From NCBI GenBank assembly GCA_963741945.1, contig CAVUKA010000001.1, forward strand, positions 384,001-448,000: DNA of 64,000 bases, in the 5' to 3' direction. The stretch is from an uncultured Gemmatimonadales bacterium. GTDB lineage: Bacteria; Gemmatimonadota; Gemmatimonadetes; Longimicrobiales; RSA9. Below the pieces are notes generated by a model that saw only the letters and a list, made by a program, of their open reading frames with translations, did no database searches and was not told the DNA's origin. Below, piece by piece: positions 60,581 to 64,000 of the stretch (positions are counted from its first letter, which is position 1; each line of letters starts with the position of its first letter). The translations under genes were made by a program, and so were the position numbers.

Positions 60581-60775
60581 ATGGCTGTGAGCGGTGGCAC
60601 CCGGACCTGGCGCCACGTGGAGCGCGGGCGTTGCGGCTTCTGCGGACAGGGCCACACGCGGGAGATCGTGTACCACTGCGTGGGGTGCGACCGCGAAGTC
60701 TGCGCCGTGTGCGTGCTGCTGGTGCGGGACACACACGAGGCGTTCTGCCCCGCGTGTGCGCGGGAGGAGCGCTAG
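60581..60775 (+). CDS. 64-aa cysteine-rich zinc-finger protein
   Basis: Four CxxC pairs (CGFC, CVGC, CAVC, CPAC) plus His residues; fills the aceA-ku gap with 2-bp and 1-bp spacers. Confidence 0.75.
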   Translation: MAVSGGTRTWRHVERGRCGFCGQGHTREIVYHCVGCDREVCAVCVLLVRDTHEAFCPACAREER

Positions 60776-60776
60776 C

Positions 60777-61559
60777 ATGGCGCGCGCGATCTGGAAGGGC
60801 GTGATCCGGCTCGGTGGCGTGGCCGTCCCGGTGAAGCTGTACTCGGCGGTGGAGGACCGGAGCGTGCACTTCCGGCTCCTGAGCGCGGCGACGCTCCGGC
60901 CGGTGAAGCAGCGGATGGTCAATCCGGCTACGGGCGACGTGGTGCCGTACGAGGAGGTGCGCTGGGGGCGCGAAGTGGAGGAGGGCGTGTTCGTGGTCCT
61001 GAGCGATGACGAGGTGGCGGAAGTGGAGCCCGAGCCGTCCCGCGACATCGAGATCACGCGCCTCGTCGCCCCGGAGCTGATCAACCACCAGTGGTACGAC
61101 CGCCCGTACCACCTCGGCCCCGATGATTCCGCGGAGGCGTATTTCGCCCTGGCCGAAGCCATGGAGGCGGGGCAGCGGGAGGGCGTGGCACGCTGGACCA
61201 TGCGGAAGAAGGAGTACGTGGGCGCCCTGCGGGTCGAGAACGGCCACCTGATGCTCATCACGCTGCGGCACGAGGGCGAAGTGATCCCGGTGTCCGCGCT
61301 CGAGCCCCCGCGCGGCCGGGAGCCGGACGCCCGTGAGCTGGACATGGCGGAGCAGCTGGTCTCCGCCCTTGAGGATGACTTCGATCCGGAAGCGTTCAGC
61401 GACGAGTACCGGGGCCGGGTGCTCGAGCTGGTGGAAGCGAAGGCGGAGGGGAAGACGGTGGAGTTCCGCCAGCCGTCGCGCCGGCGCGCGGCCGGGGACC
61501 TGGGGGCCACGCTGGAAGCCAGCATCGCCGCGGCGCGGAAGGAGCGGAAGAGTGCCTGA
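60777..61559 (+). CDS. ku: NHEJ Ku protein, copy 1 (short C-terminus)
   Basis: MARAIWKG.I..G.V.VPVKLYSA, SRDIEI, DRPYHLGP, F.PEAFSDEY. Confidence 0.92.
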   Translation: MARAIWKGVIRLGGVAVPVKLYSAVEDRSVHFRLLSAATLRPVKQRMVNPATGDVVPYEEVRWGREVEEGVFVVLSDDEVAEVEPEPSRDIEITRLVAPELINHQWYDRPYHLGPDDSAEAYFALAEAMEAGQREGVARWTMRKKEYVGALRVENGHLMLITLRHEGEVIPVSALEPPRGREPDARELDMAEQLVSALEDDFDPEAFSDEYRGRVLELVEAKAEGKTVEFRQPSRRRAAGDLGATLEASIAAARKERKSA

Positions 61560-62568
61560 CGCCATTGACGCCGCGGTCAGCGCCCGATCGATCTGGTCGG
61601 GCACCCTGAGCTTCGGGCTCGTGAGCATCCCCGTGAACCTCTTCAGCGCCAACCGCTCGCGTCACGTCTCGCTGCGCATGCTCGCCCCCGATGGCACGCC
61701 CCTCGTCCGCCGCTACTACGATCCCGAGACGGACGAGGAAGTCTCGCGGGACCGGATCGTCCGTGGCTACGAGGTCGAGAAGGACGAGTACGTGGTGGTC
61801 ACCGACGAGGAGCTGGAAGCGCTGGAGCCGGAGAAGAGCCGCGACATCGACCTGCGCCAGTTCGTCCCGCGCGACGACCTCGACCCCAAGTTCTTCGAGC
61901 GCGCCTACTTCCTGGCGCCCGCAGGCCAGTCCACGAAAGCGTACCGGCTGCTGGCGGCGGTCATGGAGCGAACTGGCCGGGCCGGGATCGCCACGTTCGT
62001 CATGCGCACCAGGGAGTACCTCGTCGCCATCCTGGCGGAGCGCGGAATCCTGCGGGCGGAGACGCTGCGCTTCCACGACGAGATCCGGGACGTGGACGCC
62101 ATCGGGCTCCCGGACAGGCCATCCCTGGAATCGAAGCGCGTGGACGAAGTGCGCGCGGCGATGAAGAAGCTGACGCGGAAGAGCCTGGACACCGGCGAGC
62201 TTCACGACAACTACTCGGACCGCCTGCTGGCGCTCGTGGAACGCAAGCGGAAGACGGGGCAGGACGTCGTGTCCGCTCCGCTTGCCGCCTACGAGCCGGA
62301 CGAGGACGAGGGCGCCGATGTCATCGACCTCATGGAGGTCCTCAAGCGGAGCCTGCGCGGCGCCGAGCCGTCGACCGCGCGCTCGGCCGCCGGCCGGAGC
62401 CGCACCGCAACCGGCGGCGGCGGTGGCGGGCGCGGCGGTGACGGGCGCGGCAGGCTGGCGGAGTTGACGAAGGCCGAGCTGTACGAGCGAGCCCAGCGGC
62501 TCGAGATCAGCGGCCGCAGCTCCATGAACAAGGGCGAGCTCATCGAGGCGATCCGCCGCAGCGCGTGA
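61552..62568 (+). CDS. ku: NHEJ Ku protein, copy 2, with C-terminal Rho_N-like helix-extension-helix domain
   Basis: RSIWSGTLSFGLVSIPV, RGYEV, FERAYFLAP, VIDLMEVLKRSL, tail LTKAELYERAQRLEISGRSSMNKGELIEAI. Confidence 0.93.
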   Translation: MPDAIDAAVSARSIWSGTLSFGLVSIPVNLFSANRSRHVSLRMLAPDGTPLVRRYYDPETDEEVSRDRIVRGYEVEKDEYVVVTDEELEALEPEKSRDIDLRQFVPRDDLDPKFFERAYFLAPAGQSTKAYRLLAAVMERTGRAGIATFVMRTREYLVAILAERGILRAETLRFHDEIRDVDAIGLPDRPSLESKRVDEVRAAMKKLTRKSLDTGELHDNYSDRLLALVERKRKTGQDVVSAPLAAYEPDEDEGADVIDLMEVLKRSLRGAEPSTARSAAGRSRTATGGGGGGRGGDGRGRLAELTKAELYERAQRLEISGRSSMNKGELIEAIRRSA

Positions 62569-62614
62569 TCGCTCGCTGCGGCTCCCCGCTCGACTCCCGG
62601 GCGGGGCCGGTCGA

Positions 62615-62689
62615 TGGGCGCGACAGGATTCGAACCTGTGGCCTTCTGGGTGTAAACCAGACGCTCTGGACCAGCTGAGCTACGCGCCC
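62615..62689 (-). tRNA. tRNA-Val(TAC), CCA not encoded
   Basis: GGGCGCG acceptor stem, D arm GCTC/GAGC, anticodon arm TCTGG-TTTACAC-CCAGA, T loop TTCGAAT, discriminator A followed by TC. Confidence 0.97.
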
Positions 62690-62698
62690 GCGCAAGGG

Positions 62699-62727
62699 AT
62701 GGTAGCCGGGCAACGGACGATCGTCCA
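62699..62727 (-). promoter_or_regulatory. Putative sigma70 promoter of tRNA-Val
   Basis: Minus strand TGGACG-N17-TACCAT, about 9 nt upstream of the tRNA 5' end. Confidence 0.5.
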
Positions 62728-62957
62728 CCCTCCTCCCCCGCCCCGCCAGCCCTGTCCCCCGTGAGGGGGCGCTGGTGTCCACGGATTGGGACACAGTTCA
62801 CGTCCCTGCGATCGACGGCGAGCACCGCAGGAAGGCCAGGAGGCCAGGCATTGCAACGCGTCCTGCCGATCCGCGGCGCGCGGCCCGCGGCGGGAACGGG
62901 ACATGCCCCTACACACGACGGTGATCGGGGAGAGGAGCTCGAACGAGGGAAGCAGCA

Positions 62958-63689
62958 ATGAAGCAAGCGAAGTGGATGGCAGCGGGGATGGCGTTCGCCC
63001 TCATGCTCGGCGGTGCCGGCCCGGTGTCCGCACAGCAGGCGAACGGCAGCTGGTGGTCGTGGGCGCTGGGCGATGCACTGGGCGTGACGGGGCGCGGGCC
63101 CGGCTCCGTGGTGCTGGACCCGACGCGAAGCGGCAGGCGGGGCGACGACAAGGACGGCGCTGCGCGCTCCTCCGGCCGCACCGTCGGCGACATCATCTTC
63201 GGCCGCAGCGGCGGGGAACGGGGGAAGTCGCGCGACGGCCGTGACCGGGATCCGGCCGGACGCGGGCGGTCACAGGCGGCCGGGCGCGGGCCGGCGTTCT
63301 GCCGGAACGGAGTCGGTCACCCGACCAAGGGTCGGCAGTGGTGCGTGGACAAGGGATTCGGGCTGGGCGGAGGCGGGCTGCTGAACGGGGTATGGCGGGA
63401 GGACCGTGGCTGGGGCGGCGTGATCCTCGGCGGGCCGAGCACGCGCGTCCGAAGCGGGAGCGTGCTGGGCCAGGGCGGACTGAGGGACGTGCTGGGGAGC
63501 GTGATCCTCGGTCGGCTGCAGAACGAGCAGCGACGGCTGGGCGCCCGTGCCCCGCTGCAGGGGCGCTGGCTGAGAGAAGGAGCGCAATCTCTGGTGCTGC
63601 AGGTGCGGGCCGGGAACACGCCGGTGGCGGAGCTGACCGACCTGAACGGGGATGGCCGCGCCGACGTGGTGCTCGTGGCCCGGCCGTAG
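62958..63689 (+). CDS. Secreted Gly/Arg-rich hypothetical protein
   Basis: Signal peptide (VSA-Q); GPAFCRNGVGHPTKGRQWC; C-terminal DLNGDGRAD. Confidence 0.7.
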   Translation: MKQAKWMAAGMAFALMLGGAGPVSAQQANGSWWSWALGDALGVTGRGPGSVVLDPTRSGRRGDDKDGAARSSGRTVGDIIFGRSGGERGKSRDGRDRDPAGRGRSQAAGRGPAFCRNGVGHPTKGRQWCVDKGFGLGGGGLLNGVWREDRGWGGVILGGPSTRVRSGSVLGQGGLRDVLGSVILGRLQNEQRRLGARAPLQGRWLREGAQSLVLQVRAGNTPVAELTDLNGDGRADVVLVARP

Positions 63690-63747
63690 ATGGAAGAGGG
63701 GTGGAGCGGGCGGCGGCCGCGGTGAGCGGCGGCCGCCCGCGGTCATC

Positions 63748-64000
63748 TCAGCGGCCTTCCCGGTCGGAATCGTTCAGGACGCGCGAAGCAAAGATGATCT
63801 TCTTGGCCAGGTCCAACATGCGCATGTTCCGGTTCTGACTGGTCTTCTGGAGCGTCCGGTACGCCTCCGCTTCGGACATGGAGCGGGTTTCCATCAGGAT
63901 CGCCTTGGCGCGCGAGATGATGCGCCGCTCCTCGAGCTTCCGGGCCAGCGCGTCTCTCTCCTCCTGAACCCGTTGCCAGTCGTCGAAGCGGGCACGGGCC
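63748..64000 (-). CDS. ANTAR-domain protein, probably a response regulator (N-terminus outside window; not in ORF track)
   Basis: Manual translation: ARARFDDWQRVQEERDALARKLEERRIISRAKAILMETRSMSEAEAYRTLQKTSQNRNMRMLDLAKKII..., i.e. coiled coil plus ANTAR signature. Confidence 0.9.
   Translation of the reverse strand, partial: ARARFDDWQRVQEERDALARKLEERRIISRAKAILMETRSMSEAEAYRTLQKTSQNRNMRMLDLAKKIIFASRVLNDSDREGR

Noticed and set aside
52594-62689. Possible genomic island integrated at the tRNA-Val 3' end
   Set aside because: No integrase, no convincing duplicated tRNA 3' end (only a 9-bp match at 52141 inside the TPR gene), and no obvious compositional shift.
62690-63747. ANTAR target dual-hairpin RNA near the ANTAR gene
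   Set aside because: No paired hexaloop hairpins were recognised, and the gene's upstream region is outside the window.

Overview
High-GC (about 70%, by eye) bacterial chromosomal segment. The gene content (Oar-like TonB-dependent receptor, ADOP permease, dcw order, several lineage-type hypothetical proteins) suggests Gemmatimonadota, which is an inference. It is mostly housekeeping: purF, ppdK, add, a TonB-dependent receptor, a minus-strand alr-lipoprotein-OMP-miaB-comEC-DUF4157-fbp operon, mazG, asnS, a PAP2 phosphatase, a D-aminoacylase/serine-hydrolase fusion, an ADOP permease, an M28 peptidase, recG, ftsY and an M23 peptidase. These are followed by a dcw cluster (mraZ to ftsZ, without murB/ddl), a lipid kinase and a TPR protein. 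The right end holds a stress/repair block (SRAP, small membrane proteins, ADH, msrPQ, L,D-transpeptidase, aceB-aceA-zinc finger-ku-ku), tRNA-Val(TAC), a secreted hypothetical protein and a truncated ANTAR protein. No CRISPR array, transposase or integrase was seen. The most interesting signals are: (1) two divergent ECF-type promoters with identical boxes (GTGAAAC-N17-CGTAAGGGAG) driving a 91-aa and an overlooked 39-aa membrane protein, with another copy before the M28 peptidase; (2) a tightly packed glyoxylate shunt/8-Cys zinc finger/tandem Ku operon behind a sigma54-like site and with no ligD nearby; (3) a probable ATT start codon; (4) the two-hydrolase lipoprotein fusion; (5) an overlapping bidirectional promoter between alr and mazG. 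All calls are from motif recognition only; no database searches were run.
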